A DNA stretch of 63,819 bases, counting the filler, from Aduncisulcus paluster (lineage: Eukaryota): NCBI GenBank assembly GCA_024181965.1. It is 8 parts of 8 records of this genome, joined end to end, with 100 filler letters (N's around TTAATTAATTAA, not from the genome) between each part and the next. Parts side by side here need not be neighbours in the genome. Positions count along the whole stretch, not along the records: positions 41,244 to 50,671 come from BQXS01011216.1; positions 50,772 to 55,442 come from BQXS01011217.1; positions 55,543 to 58,923 come from BQXS01011219.1; positions 59,024 to 63,819 come from BQXS01011225.1; 4 more parts are not named here. The stretch is one strand, 5' to 3'. Below are positions 48,996 through 61,560 of the stretch, piece after piece (the first letter of the stretch is position 1; each line of letters begins with the position of its first letter). The notes beneath the pieces were generated by a model. It was not told the origin of the DNA. It searched no databases and saw nothing but the letters and a program-made list of their open reading frames with translations. Both the position numbers and the translations under genes were made by a program.

Positions 48996-50671
48996 TTAAG
49001 CGAAACTTAAGATCCCCCCCAATTTCTCCAACATTTCCCTAGTGACATCGAGTGTAATACCCTCGATTGATCCAGCCTTCTCCACTTCATCTCTGATAGC
49101 ACTGAACACACACTTATCAATGGCTGTTGTCAGAGATCCATAAGGAACACCTCCAATAAAAGCTACATCCTCTTCCAAGGCTCTCATTACACTCTCCACT
49201 CCTGCAGGCAAGGCATCCTTCTTGATCCTCACAGCGAAAGGAAGAGAGGAGAGATGGTTCTCGATCACTAATTGGACAGCCTCAGCGCCAGTCACTCCGG
49301 GGATACCAACTTTCTCAGAGAACACACCTGCCACACCAAGCTGAGTCATGACTGAAAGACTGTTGCAGGTGCAGATCACACACAGGGAATGGCCAGGCTG
49401 GGAACGAATGGATAACGCAGACACAAGGGTCTGGAAGATAGGGTTAGAGAAACGCTGACCAATGGCAACATACTCGATGAGTTTCTCAATGCCATCAATG
49501 ATAAGGACTGCCTGAGGACACTTTCTGGCATCCTCAAATGCCCTGACAATCTCGTCACACTTACGAAGCTCACCACGAACTCTAGTGATAAGTTTCTCAG
49601 CAGATATGACTTTTGTGAAAGGAATTCCACTCTCCAATGCACACACAGCTGCCACAACACTCTTCCCAATGCCGTGTTCACCGTGTATCAGGATGGAACT
49701 ATGACTGGTAATACCTACTTTCATACGTTCAATAGAGTCACGAACAGAAGAGACAGTCTCACGTACCATGTCTGAATATAACAAAAGATGGGATGATGTG
49801 AGCTTACCGTACATGGGAGAGGAAGGAGAAGGAACAGGGACAGACTTGGGGAGCATTGTCTTGATGTCATCTTGGTCACTCCCAAAGGCAGCATGGACTT
49901 CTTCGAGGGCACCAATAAAGTCATCACGGGTGACCAAGAGTTTAGATGCACCCGTCTGGAGATCCTGGATACTCTTCTGGATGTCGGAGAGTCTTAACAC
50001 TCTTGACATGGCAAATGAACGGGCACTCTTAACAAGACCGGCCAGCTCGGCACCAGTGAAGTTCTTTGTCTTCGCAGCAAGCTCTTCAAGGTCGACATCA
50101 TCTGCCAGCACACCATTCTCAGTCATTACTTTCGTGTGGATACGCAAGATCTCCACCCTACCTTCCTCATTGGGCAATTCAATGGGAACATGCACCTCGA
50201 AACGACCAGGTCTGAGTAAGGCTTCATCAATGAGGTCTTTCCTATTTGTCATACCAATCACAAGGATGTTGGAGAGTGCATCCACACCATCTAGCTTGGA
50301 CAGGATCTGATTCACAATACTATCATGGACTCCTGTACTGTCACTCCTTGTACCTCTCTGGCGACAAATGGCATCGATCTCGTCGAATATGATAAGATGC
50401 AACTCACTGTCGTCTCCTTTCTCAGCCTGCTCTTCCTCGGCATCCTTGAAGAGCTCTCGAATATTCTCCTCGGACTGTCCTACATACTTGTTCAAAATGG
50501 AGGGACCGTTCACAACCTTAGGCTCCTTCGTGTGCAGCATCTTTCCAATCTGACGGGCAAGAAGAGTCTTTCCAGTTCCTGGAGGTCCATATAAAAGCAT
50601 TCCACGAACATGCTCAACTCCCATCTTCTTCACCATGTCGGGAGGGAACACACGAGAGGCAAACACACGTC
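48996..50671 (-). CDS. NSF: Vesicle-fusing ATPase NSF/Sec18, 5'-truncated
   Basis: FASRVFPP, GPPGTGKTLLARQIG, LHLIIFDEIDAIC, GMTNRKDLIDEALLRPGRFEV, D2 domain with IGQRFSN. Confidence 0.95.
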
Positions 50672-51321
50672 NNNNNNNNNNNNNNNNNNNNNNNNNNNNN
50701 NNNNNNNNNNNNNNNTTAATTAATTAANNNNNNNNNNNNNNNNNNNNNNNNNNNNNNNNNNNNNNNNNNNNTCAGTGGAAATATTTCTCGTTTGCATCGT
50801 TTGATGCCCAATTATATGCATATGTCATGTCTTAAGCATGATTCGCTGCATTCATGCTTTAAACCAAGAGATCTGCCAGCAACATTGAACGGTATCATCT
50901 CGTGTGCTTATTTATTCCTCTTTTATAAACGTTTAAATGGAGTATCCCTTCCTTTGTCGATTTGTACACACAAGATGCTGAACAGAAAGAATGTGAGTTC
51001 AAAACCATTAACCTTGATGGCCCTCAGCTATACAATACAGTGTACACCCAATACAATCTCCTAACAAGAGCGTGATTTCTGTATTACCCCCCTCTTTATT
51101 GAACTCAGCAAATTGGATGATTAATTGATCGTTGCCACCGAGATTATATTTTTAAAAAGACTTTAATAATCAATTGAGTATTTAAATGTCGTTTTTTATG
51201 AATGATTTCGTCCTCCTTCGGACCTTGTGAAGATTCCTCAGAATCCTGAGGCAAAAATGGATCCAATAATAGAACGTGACATTTGTTTGTTTTGCATCCA
51301 TACTCAACCAAGAAAACGGCA

Positions 51322-52896
51322 ATGAAGGATCCAAAGTGTAATTTGATGGCACTCATATTCGTGTGTGCCATAATGATTTGCTTGTCTCAAGTGACTGCAA
51401 CATATGTAAAGAATGACTCCAATATTAATAATGATGAAGTTGAACAATTTTGTGATGTCAAAATAGGCTATCTCAGTGATAATTACGGTAATCCTGTCCC
51501 AAAAGTTCTTGAGTCATCTATTAATAGTTTTGCTGATACAAGTTGGGGATCTCAAAATCTATTTATTCTGGGAATTTTTTTTTTATATGTTGCCTCTCAA
51601 ATTCTTTTGAACTTTTTAGTCTATGCTTTTGGTTGTTTTCTGATTGCTATTTATGATTTTGATGTTGCTACATGTTTTCGTACGTATTGCAAAATTGTTG
51701 CGGCTTTTATGCCTAAGGGAGAAGAATCTTCATATGATACATCAAGAGAGAGTTCTTCAAACTCTTATATTCCAAGAGAAAGTTCTTCAAACTCTTATAT
51801 TCCAAGAGAAAGTTCTTCAAACTCTTATATTCCAAGTAGTAATGATGACACTTGTGCAACCTACTTCTTAATTGTCTCAATTTGCTTCATTATATTCGTT
51901 GTTGTCGTATGGGCGTGGGAGGAAATATTAGATATTGTGCGTAAAATAGTTGCGTTTTTTGTGGCCTTCGTATTATTCATCGTATTATATTTTTTCAAAG
52001 ATTGGATTAAAGTTATGATAAATTATTCGAAGAAATACCTTCTACACAAGGTTATGTTCGCTTTAAATCACAAAGAAAAGTGGATAATATGGATATGTTC
52101 ATTGTTACCTCTTCAGAGTATTGGGTTAATTCTATTATACCGGCATCTTTCTATTTTTCAACTCGTTTTTAGTTATCTGATTTTGGTAATATCGCTAGGT
52201 TTTTGTTGTAAAGAGATTTTATCAAATAATTATGATGTAACTGATCTAAGATGTTTTGCCTCATCAGTTCACATTGGGTTTGTATTTTTACTGAATTTGT
52301 TTGTGGTACATAATGGAATCGTCACAAGTCTATTATTTTTTTGGGTTCCATTTGCATTATGTTCAATTTTCCCTCTCTGTTTGCGTTGGATAGAGAATGA
52401 ATCAAGAAATGTTGCAAATAATATGGCCCATATAGTTTTTTCTATTGCCACAGCTTATACGGGTTTGGTTCTTCTCTACCTTGACTATCATTTCTCAATC
52501 AAGGTATTTCATATCTTTGGTCTCTTCCAGATTATTGTTTCTGGAATTTCCTATGTAGCATATCGTTTTGATATTGTTCCTGCTTTCGACTTCTTCGGTT
52601 ACATTCCTCTTGATATGATTCCACTGATTTTGTTTGGAATATATTATATTCCAATTTCTGGATGGATGGTATTGGTGGTTACAGGAATAATTATATGTTT
52701 TGCAATTGGTGTTAATCCTCTCAAAAATATTATAAAGATGATATCAAAATGGTTTCAAAGGAAGAAAACTCCGTTAAAAAAATCGTCATCTCAGTCTTAC
52801 ACGCCTTCTTCAATTTCATTTTATTCATATTCATATTCACAGTATATTCCTAAGCCGAAAAAGAGTTGTTTTTCTTTTTTTGCCTGTTGTTCATGA
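51322..52896 (+). CDS. Signal-peptide multi-pass membrane protein, paralog 1
   Basis: MKDPKCNLMALIFVCAIMICLSQVTA signal, roughly 11-13 hydrophobic segments, C-terminal FFACCS. Start placed at the first ATG. Confidence 0.75.
   Translation: MKDPKCNLMALIFVCAIMICLSQVTATYVKNDSNINNDEVEQFCDVKIGYLSDNYGNPVPKVLESSINSFADTSWGSQNLFILGIFFLYVASQILLNFLVYAFGCFLIAIYDFDVATCFRTYCKIVAAFMPKGEESSYDTSRESSSNSYIPRESSSNSYIPRESSSNSYIPSSNDDTCATYFLIVSICFIIFVVVVWAWEEILDIVRKIVAFFVAFVLFIVLYFFKDWIKVMINYSKKYLLHKVMFALNHKEKWIIWICSLLPLQSIGLILLYRHLSIFQLVFSYLILVISLGFCCKEILSNNYDVTDLRCFASSVHIGFVFLLNLFVVHNGIVTSLLFFWVPFALCSIFPLCLRWIENESRNVANNMAHIVFSIATAYTGLVLLYLDYHFSIKVFHIFGLFQIIVSGISYVAYRFDIVPAFDFFGYIPLDMIPLILFGIYYIPISGWMVLVVTGIIICFAIGVNPLKNIIKMISKWFQRKKTPLKKSSSQSYTPSSISFYSYSYSQYIPKPKKSCFSFFACCS
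51742..51836 (+). repeat. 30-bp coding tandem repeat x3 (RESSSNSYIP)
   Basis: Unit caagagaaagttcttcaaactcttatattc repeated three times. Confidence 0.9.
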
Positions 52897-53127
52897 AGAT
52901 AATTGAATTGTTTACACAGTTTCAGCCCTGTTAACACAAAATAAACATCTGTATTCTAAAAATAGAAAATCTAAAAATAGAATCCAAATTCCAAAATTGC
53001 ACTCTATGACTCATAGAGCTCATAGTATGAGCCCATTCCCGAGATTTATCGTGAAAAAGGTCTATAAATACTATTATGTGTGACTTGATTATATTTATTA
53101 CAAAATTTATTTAAGTTAATTTCAATT

Positions 53128-54892
53128 TCAATATTTTTTTAATGAACAACAACGAAACTGTTTGAAAATCCCTAATATTTTAGTCAGTATCGAATTCTTT
53201 CTCGGCTTTTGCAATGTAATTTGAGTAACAGAAGTATCAGAAATATATATAGCTTGAATTGAAATTGAGGGTGCTGATGATTGGCGTGACGGAAAAGAAT
53301 TAGAAGCTGAATTGGACCCAATATTTGTTTCAAGCGAATCCCAGAGGAAACAGGCCCCGACAACTCCAACACTCGACAATAATATCCACCGAATAAAAGG
53401 GACATGATACATTCCGAAGAAAATGAGTGGAATCAGATCAGGAGGGATATAATCCAGGAGAATACGGAAGAATTTGTTGTGGAAACTAACAAAAATATCA
53501 AAACAATGTATAAAAAAGGAAATTCCAGAAATAATAATTTGGAAAATGCCAAAACTATGAAATGTATCTATTGAGAAATAAGAGTCAAGGTAGAGAAGAA
53601 CAATGCCCGGATAAGCTGAGATTACAAAACAAAATATTTGAACATAAATGTTTGCTTCCACATCATCCTCTTTCTCAAGAATATAGTGGGGTAAGAGGAA
53701 ATACAAAATTAGAGGAATCCAAAACAACATGACTGATATGGAGAAGTTATATGTCAAATCCATGTCAAAATCCACAAATAGATTCAATATAAACAATATT
53801 CCGATATAAAATGAGCATAAAGAACTCGTTCTCATACCTTTAGAGCAATAGAAGAGACAAATAACAAGAAATCACAAAACAAGACTCCGAGTCCAATATA
53901 ATATAGAATTGAATTAAATTTATGACTACTCATGAGCAATACCGAACCTGAAAGACCAAAACAACAAGTGGCAATTATTCCTGGTAGATAACGCCGTCCT
54001 TTCCGAAAATATTTCTTCCTCTTGTCTCCTGCAATTTTCTTCACATTATCACAAAAATATTCAAGTGTACATATCACCCAAAGACCCAAGGAACAAATCA
54101 CTAAAACTATTTTGAAAAAAAAGGGATCGATGGACGAAAAAAGACGAAGGAATACAATGACATGTCCAATGATAACNNNNNNNNNNNNNNNNNNNNACCT
54201 GAAAGACCAAAACAACAAGTGGCAATTATTCCTGGTAGATAACGCCGTCCTTTCCGAAAATATTTCTTCCTCTTGTCTCCTGCAATTTTCTTCACATTAT
54301 CACAAAAATATTCAAGTGTACATATCACCCAAAGACCCAAGGAACAAATCACTAAAACTATTTTGAAAAAAAAGGGATCGATGGACGAAAAAAGACGAAG
54401 GAATACAATGACATGTCCAATGATAACAGAAGTAGAGAGTGAATCCCAGAATGAGATATCACCCGAAAACTCAAAAGACAAAATATCGATCCAAAAACGA
54501 AAATAACCAGCGAATTGATGCGTCAAAAATTCCAAAATATTTTTATATGACAAGAAACATGAAATAAAAAGGATATAAAAAATTTCAAAAATGGTAACAA
54601 AAGCCATAAATATTAATGGGGTAATCAGTAATAGAGCCAATATTAGAATAAAACCAACAAAAATGGCCCCATCCTCACTGAAAGTACAATCAAATGAAGA
54701 AGAATCAAATTTTGGAATTAAATTCCCATCCTCAGAAGTAAAATAGCAAATATCAGAGAAATTTCTTTTTCTTGAAACATTTATTTCCCCTCCAGGATAA
54801 TGTTTCACATATGTTGCAGTCACTTGAGACAAGCAAATCATTATGGCACACACGAATATGAGTGCCATCAAATTACACTTTGGATCCTTCAT
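53128..54892 (-). CDS. Signal-peptide multi-pass membrane protein, paralog 2; gap duplication plus a frameshift near 53870 (possible pseudogene)
   Basis: Same first ~29 aa as paralog 1; later homology AYPGIVLLYLDSYFSIDTFHSFGIFQIIISGIS vs AYTGLVLLYLDYHFSIKVFHIFGLFQIIVSGIS; ends RCCSLKKY. Confidence 0.65.
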
Positions 54893-56122
54893 TGCCGTTT
54901 TCTTGGTTGAGTATGGATGCAAAACAAACAAATGTCACGTTCTATTATTGGATCCATTTTTGCCTCAGGATTCTGAGGAATCTTCACAAGGTCCGAAGGA
55001 GGACGAAATCATTCATAAAAAACGACATTTAAATACTCAATTGATTATTAAAGTCTTTTTAAAAATATAATCTCGGTGGCAACGATCAATTAATCATCCA
55101 ATTTGCTGAGTTCAATAAAGAGGGGGGTAATACAGAAATCACGCTCTTGTTAGGAGATTGTATTGGGTGTACACTGTATTGTATAGCTGAGGGCCATCAA
55201 GGTTAATGGTTTTGAACTCACATTCTTTCTGTTCAGCATCTTGTGTGTACAAATCGACAAAGGAAGGGATACTCCATTTAAACGTTTATAAAAGAGGAAT
55301 AAATAAGCACACGAGATGATACCGTTCAATGTTGCTGGCAGATCTCTTGGTTTAAAGCATGAATGCAGCGAATCATGCTTAAGACATGACATATGCATAT
55401 AATTGGGCATCAAACGATGCAAACGAGAAATATTTCCACTGANNNNNNNNNNNNNNNNNNNNNNNNNNNNNNNNNNNNNNNNNNNNTTAATTAATTAANN
55501 NNNNNNNNNNNNNNNNNNNNNNNNNNNNNNNNNNNNNNNNNNCTATCTCCAAGTTAGAACATGATTTTATCAACTGAAAAATCGAAAATGATTATTGTAT
55601 AAATTATTATGATCCCGATTAACGATTCCATGCACCAGCTTCACTTCATTGGTCAAAGCCATCTTCCAAAGTCCAATTTGAGGCAAATATTAGCGACAAG
55701 ATCCTGTCATGTTCTTTGAAACATTCATTAGGCATGCCATGAAACAAAGAACTGCGATGAAAATAATCTTTATCTTGCTGGAATGCACCTTTGTTATGAT
55801 GAGATCGTAACCCACTTTTAGATGCTCTCTATTCCACGATTATGCTTGTCACAATATTTTCTAATAATATATTCGATGATATATATCCTTTTAATTTATA
55901 TTCTATATTCTTCAACGGTATTGGTTCTCTAAAACCGATTATCGCTGAAATTTATTCCATACAATTCACATTCGATTATATATCAACATATCTACATATC
56001 AATTCATCACTTGAAAGTGAAACAACAAGGAAAAAATGTGGTGAAGTGAAGTGAGATGATAAGCGAAGACTCGAGAAGCTGAAGAGATAACTCTGTTTTA
56101 TTTCCATGTCCAATCATCTTGG

Positions 56123-58923
56123 TCAGCTATAGTAGGCATCTAACACCTGGGCCATATGCACCAATGAACGAGATAAATGTGTCAATCCAGCATTTTGACA
56201 TATGATAGAATTACGAGCAGCACATAATGCACTAGCTCTAGCCAGCGACTGCAGAGCTACAATGTCACATTTATATATCCTTCCAATACTCCACAGTAAA
56301 GAATCTATTGGCTTGCTATCATATTTAACTGTTTCTGCCATTACCATGCAAGATGAACCAGATGCCAGACCTCGTCGTCTGCATTTCCATTGCTGGACTT
56401 GAGCTTGAAAACCATCGACGAGATCAGCAACAAGAAGAGCATTGAAGGCCACCAAGAGTGCATATTCTTTCTTTGGGTCTATTCTTCCCGAAGAAAAAGA
56501 TCTCAAGGCCATATATTCTTCTTCAACGCCCATTCGTCTGAGCATCGTTCTTTCTGCCTTTGTGCACTCAATTTCCATTCTCTCTTCAAGAACACGCACT
56601 CTATCGCTGCTGAGAACAGTGACCATCGATGGACAAAGAGTCTGAGAAGTTGAAGAAGAAGAAGAAGGAAGAAAAGAAGAGGAACTGGAAGAAACAACGA
56701 GGGATTGTTGTTTAATAAGCTTGGGAATACAAAAGAACGCCAAGTGTTTGGATGAGGTCATTAATATCCCTTCTTCACAGGCTTCACATCTGATATAGAG
56801 AAGAGTGGATGAAATAAGGAGAGGAGGAAGAGGAATAATGTGGAACTGAGTGAAAGATTTCGGTGAGAAACTCAAAACGTAGTGATAAGAAGCTATTTTT
56901 AGTTTGGAGTCAGTTGATTCTTCTTTGTGACTTAATGTTTTGTTTGACTTTCTTTCTTCAGGAAGGCGAAAGGAGAGGTGTTTCTTGGAATCTAAATATG
57001 GAACATGAAGTAGTTCGGTTCTAAAAATAATATGTTCGGAAATAAGTCTAAAAATAGATTCATGAACAAGGAACCGAATTATCTCATCCGATTCTATTTT
57101 TAGAAAAATAAAAAGATATTTAGAGCACATTTCAACAAATTCTTCTTCCGAAAATATCAATTGTGATGCAAAACAGGATAAAAACAAAGAACAAAGATAA
57201 CGAATAAGCTTATCAAAGATTTCAGAAAACTCATTGGCTATATCTTTTCTTTTCAATCGTATTAAAAGATTGTGATGTTCCTTACAATTATCAATATTTT
57301 TAGAGGTTTCTTCTATCATCTCTTCTGCTTCCTTATTTCTTGTTCTCAAGACACCCTTTTCTTTAATTCCTTTTAACATTTTCTCGGCCAATTCCTCTTT
57401 TCTTTCCTCTTTTCCTTCCTCTTCCATTGTTAGTTTATCTGGCGATTCGACGATGGATTGCAAATGCTCAAACAATGGCTCCCAAGCTGATGCAAAGGAT
57501 AATCTAATTATAGAAGGTTGAGAAACAAACTCATAGAATGATTTAAACAGAGGTGACAGTTGTGGCATTAAAGAGGAAGAGGAAGAAGAGGAAGAAGAGG
57601 AAGAAGAAGTTGCAGATGTGTTTCTTTCACTTGAAAACAGTGGATAAAATGGATTTTGCCAAGGAATCTGATTAACACTAGAAGAAAAGAGAGAAGAGGA
57701 AGAAGAAGAGGAGGAGGAGGAAGAGGGAAGAAGAAGAAGAGGAGGAGGAAGAGGAAGTTGTAATATGTGAGATCTGAGGCCTTGAAAAAGATTGAAATGC
57801 ACCTGAAGAATTTAATTGACCATTTCTTGAGAAAGAAGAAGGATGTTGAGGTAATACCTGAGCACTTCCAATCGTAACAGAATCGTCTATTTTTGGAAAC
57901 ACTGAAGGTGAAACAAAAATATTTTTAGGTGTAGAAATCGGAGTCGAAGGAAACATTATTCCAGGTTTCGGTGTGACAGGAATTGGTGTGAAAGGTGAAT
58001 CTACAAAAGGATTTCCAGCTGTTTTGTGAGGAATCATTGAAGGAGTCATTAAAGCCGGAATAATAGATGTGGATAGACCTATATTTGGACTAGGAGCACC
58101 AAATATCCTATTTTTAGAAATCCTATTTTTAGAAATCGGTGTGGAAGTAGTCGCCGAATACAAAACCGTTGTTGCAGAATCCTCAGGTTTTTCCTTCTTT
58201 GTGTCATGTCTAATTATCGATTTACCATTATTCCTCTTTCCTTTCATCCGGCTTTTCTTTGGAATAACCATTCCACCGATACACAGAATAACATCTCCAT
58301 CATCCTTGCAAGATGAACACATTTGACAGAACTGATACCGGCTTAAAACCATTCCACCGTCTTTCCTACTACTCGTCTTTCCAGCTAAAGTCTTTCCAGC
58401 TATAGTCTTTCCAGCTATAGTCTTTCCACAAGTACGAGAAGTGGAAGAGGAGGAGGAAGAGGAGGAGGAAGAGGAGGAGGAAGAGGAGGAGGATGAGGAG
58501 GAGGAAGAGGAGGAGGATGAAGCAGAACGAGACTGTATGGATATTGCTTTATGAGGAGTATTTGGTGAAGAAGAACACTGATCAGATGGGAATACTGATG
58601 ATAAAACCTTTGATGAAGGAGAGACTGTATTTTGTTCAACAGATCCATAACCTCCGATGCACACTCTATTGGCTTTAAAAGAAGATGTCGTTAGAGATGT
58701 TGTTGCAACGACAAGACGGACTTTCCCAGAATGCAACTCGTCCTCAATAAAAGCTCTATTTGACAAGGATAATGAAGAGTTGTGATAGGCAATCGAAAGA
58801 GAGAGAAGAATAGAGAGAGGAGAAGGAAGAAGAGGAGAAAGGCGTTGAATACGATCACATTGGTCACATTTATGGGGGTGGGGCTTCTTAACAAATCTAT
58901 TTTTAGATTGAAATTGAGAAACA
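56123..58923 (-). CDS. Degenerate HELQ/Pol-theta-like Ski2-type helicase, C-terminal part, 5'-truncated, with a +1 indel near 57725
   Basis: IAYHNSSLSLSNRAFIEDELHSGKVRLVVATTSL...ANRVCI (motifs IV-V), YQFCQM (motif VI remnant) and ratchet-like ALLVADL...LQSLARASALCAARNSIICQNAGL. One extra C in the poly-Ser tract splits the two ORFs. Confidence 0.65.
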
Positions 58924-59023
58924 NNNNNNNNNNNNNNNNNNNNNNNNNNNNNNNNNNNNNNNNNNNNTTAATTAATTAANNNNNNNNNNNNNNNNNNNNN
59001 NNNNNNNNNNNNNNNNNNNNNNN

Positions 59024-60762
59024 CTCTCAACTTTTTCTTCTTCCTCTTCCTCTTTTGACAATGTTTGATGATTCATACGAGTTTCAGATTTAATATGAAC
59101 TCTAACACCTTCTTCTTCCTCCTTCACTCTAGACTCTGTTTTGATCACACGGGGGGTTTTATCTTCAACTTTATCTTCTCCTTCTCCTCCTTCCCCTTCC
59201 TCCCCTTCGCCATGTTTCTTGGTTGATAGTGTCATTTGTTCTTCAAACCTCTTTCTTTCTTCTTCTAACCGCAGCATTTCACAGAGAACATATCCACGTG
59301 CCCACTCTGAACGCATCACACACACAGACGAGGCAGTGGCGTTGAATGTGCTGTTCTGGGCAGGATACGCAGGCGTGATTATCTGCATGATTTGCTTTAC
59401 ATGGGTTTTGTCATGGGGATTGTAGAACAATCCGGGCATGGTGTCATGAGGCTTACCTTGCTCATCAAGAGTCTCAATGCGACCCAAGAGGCATGGATGG
59501 TGTCTCCAATTCGTGTCGATACACTGCAAAAACCGAGGAGTGAAGGGAGTGGATGGTAAAGAGGACCCACATGAAGCCATGGAAGCAACAGACGCAGAGT
59601 GGTTATACATGTGAGTCATGTGATGGAGCAGCATGGAAGACAAAGTCATGGTCGGGAATAGAGTGGACAAAAGAAGACGTTCATCTGCTGTTAGGAATGG
59701 GTGAGCAACTGAAGCGGCAATAAGTAACAGAGCCCATGCGGAAGAGGGTAATGATGTTGGAATGTCAGTGGGTCCAATGGAAGCACCACTTTCAAGACTC
59801 GAAGAAAACGAATGAGATGGGCGCAAATCAGTAGATTGTTTCAGGAGGTGATGATAAGAGAACGTTGATTTCTCATCGCTAAGAGAGCGACCAGATTCTT
59901 TCTTTGCCTTTAATTTCTTCATGTATGGGAAAATAATCTTATTTTCAATGAAATTAACACTATGGGACTTGCTGAAGGACATTGATTGCAAGAAACAATA
60001 CTTGAAAAACTCCTTTAATACAACAATTCCAACTGCTTTTGGCTTTTCCTTACATACATTTGCAACAACAATGGCCCAGTTGACTCCTCCAAAATATCCA
60101 AGGACATTTCCGTATATTCCGCGTTTTTTAGCCCAGAGTCTGACAGCACGAAGAACCATCTTGAACACTGTTTTGTTCGGAAGAACGGAAAGAATCTTAT
60201 CACTAACACGTGGACCATTCAAAGCTCTAATCGATTTTTCATCGATATCACGAAGAATTTCATTACTTCCGAGATTATATGAATCATCAATGCGATCGTT
60301 CCGAATGATTGCAAAAATCAAATCAATATCGACTGAATCAAATATCATTTTTATAATTGGCACATATGCTCCAGGAACAGACTTAAAATCGACAACTTTA
60401 GAATGAGAACGGAGGATGGGTACAAGTCCGGTTGTCTCATCGAAAATATCATCTCTATCGACAAAACATGGAAGGACACAAAGAGTATCAATATCAGAAT
60501 TGGGGGATTGTACACCTAATCGAAACGATCCAAAGGGTTCCAGCTTTGCAAGATGTTGTGGTTTCAATAGTTTAGTATGCTCGTCATATTTCCGATTCAC
60601 CCAGCGAATAACAATTGATTCTATTTCTTTTAAAGCAATTTGACGTTTTTTAGTCTCTCGAGAATGCTCATAAAGATTTGCAGAACGTAATACATTTCTA
60701 AGCTTATCCGTTAAATAAAAATCATTTCTCTCCCTTACTATGCGTTCATCAATACTGCTCAT
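59024..60762 (-). CDS. PAP1: Canonical poly(A) polymerase, 3'-truncated
   Basis: FGSFRLGVQSPNSDIDTL, AYVPIIKM, DIDLIFA, LNGPRV, WAKKRGIYGNVLGYFGGVNWA, MQIITPAYPAQNSTFN. Confidence 0.95.
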
Positions 60763-61077
60763 ATGTGATTATTAAGCTTCAAAATAATATTAAAAAACAA
60801 ATCGGGAGCAAAATTGATTATGAAAATTCAGCCTTTAAAATGTAATATTAGCAAGCCAAGAACCGAAAAGTCATAATATATTGAAGTTTATTGTTATGAA
60901 ATTTGCAAATGTTCTCGAGAAAAATTCGAGTTTTCATGATTAAAAGAAAATTGGATATGGACTGCAAATCTATGTATATATGACAATAATTAACAAATTA
61001 GAATATGAAACGCTATCTATATATTCAAGATAATATTTAGAGTTGATGAATGATATAACGTGATCAGGAAGAACAAT

Positions 61078-61377
61078 TTAACCCAAAGGAGAAATTGCGT
61101 CCAAATATTCAGAAAAGGATGATATTTCTGCAATTTGTTCCTTAAACTTTTTGTAAATGGTTTCATTATACATCATTTTATCACATAATTCTTTCATTCG
61201 TTTCACCTTTTCATCCAACTTTTCTTTCATCACTTTAACAGAATATAATGATTCACATATCTTTTGCTCACTTTTCTTAAGGTCTTTTGTTGAGTCTAAT
61301 GCCTCATCACTGAGTTTCTTTGCGTTTTCTCGTAACAATTGTTCATAATGGACTGTTTTCTCTCCAAGGGACGACAT
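61078..61377 (-). CDS. Small coiled-coil protein, 99 aa
   Basis: Heptad-rich K/E ORF flanked by AT-rich intergenic DNA, divergent from the 61561 ORF. Confidence 0.55.
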   Translation of the reverse strand: MSSLGEKTVHYEQLLRENAKKLSDEALDSTKDLKKSEQKICESLYSVKVMKEKLDEKVKRMKELCDKMMYNETIYKKFKEQIAEISSFSEYLDAISPLG

Positions 61378-61560
61378 AGATTTAGGATTATATATGATTA
61401 TTGATTAAAATTAAAAAATAGTGGGCAATAAGTGAAAAATAGTTCTTATATTGGGCTCAAATCGATTTTTTGGACTTTCTCGACACAGCCTTTTATATTG
61501 ACATCATCCAAGGTTGTTACAAAACATATAAAATAATATAGTTAATATAAAAGTGAATAT

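Larger units (their letters stand above)
50772..55442. repeat. Perfect 636-bp inverted repeats at both contig ends (50772-51407 and 54807-55442)
   Basis: Contig starts tcagtggaaatatttctcg and ends cgagaaatatttccactga; mirrored identical ORFs appear in the ORF track; identity stops at ...gcaacatatgt. Confidence 0.93.

Noticed and set aside
50792-55422. Mirror-image 90-aa and 75-aa ORFs as TIR-encoded genes or transposase
   Set aside because: Short, non-ATG or antisense ORFs with no recognisable motif; their duplication simply reflects the inverted repeat.
61078-61377. BLOC-1 subunit assignment for the 99-aa coiled coil
   Set aside because: Size and heptads fit, but no diagnostic residues are convincing by eye.
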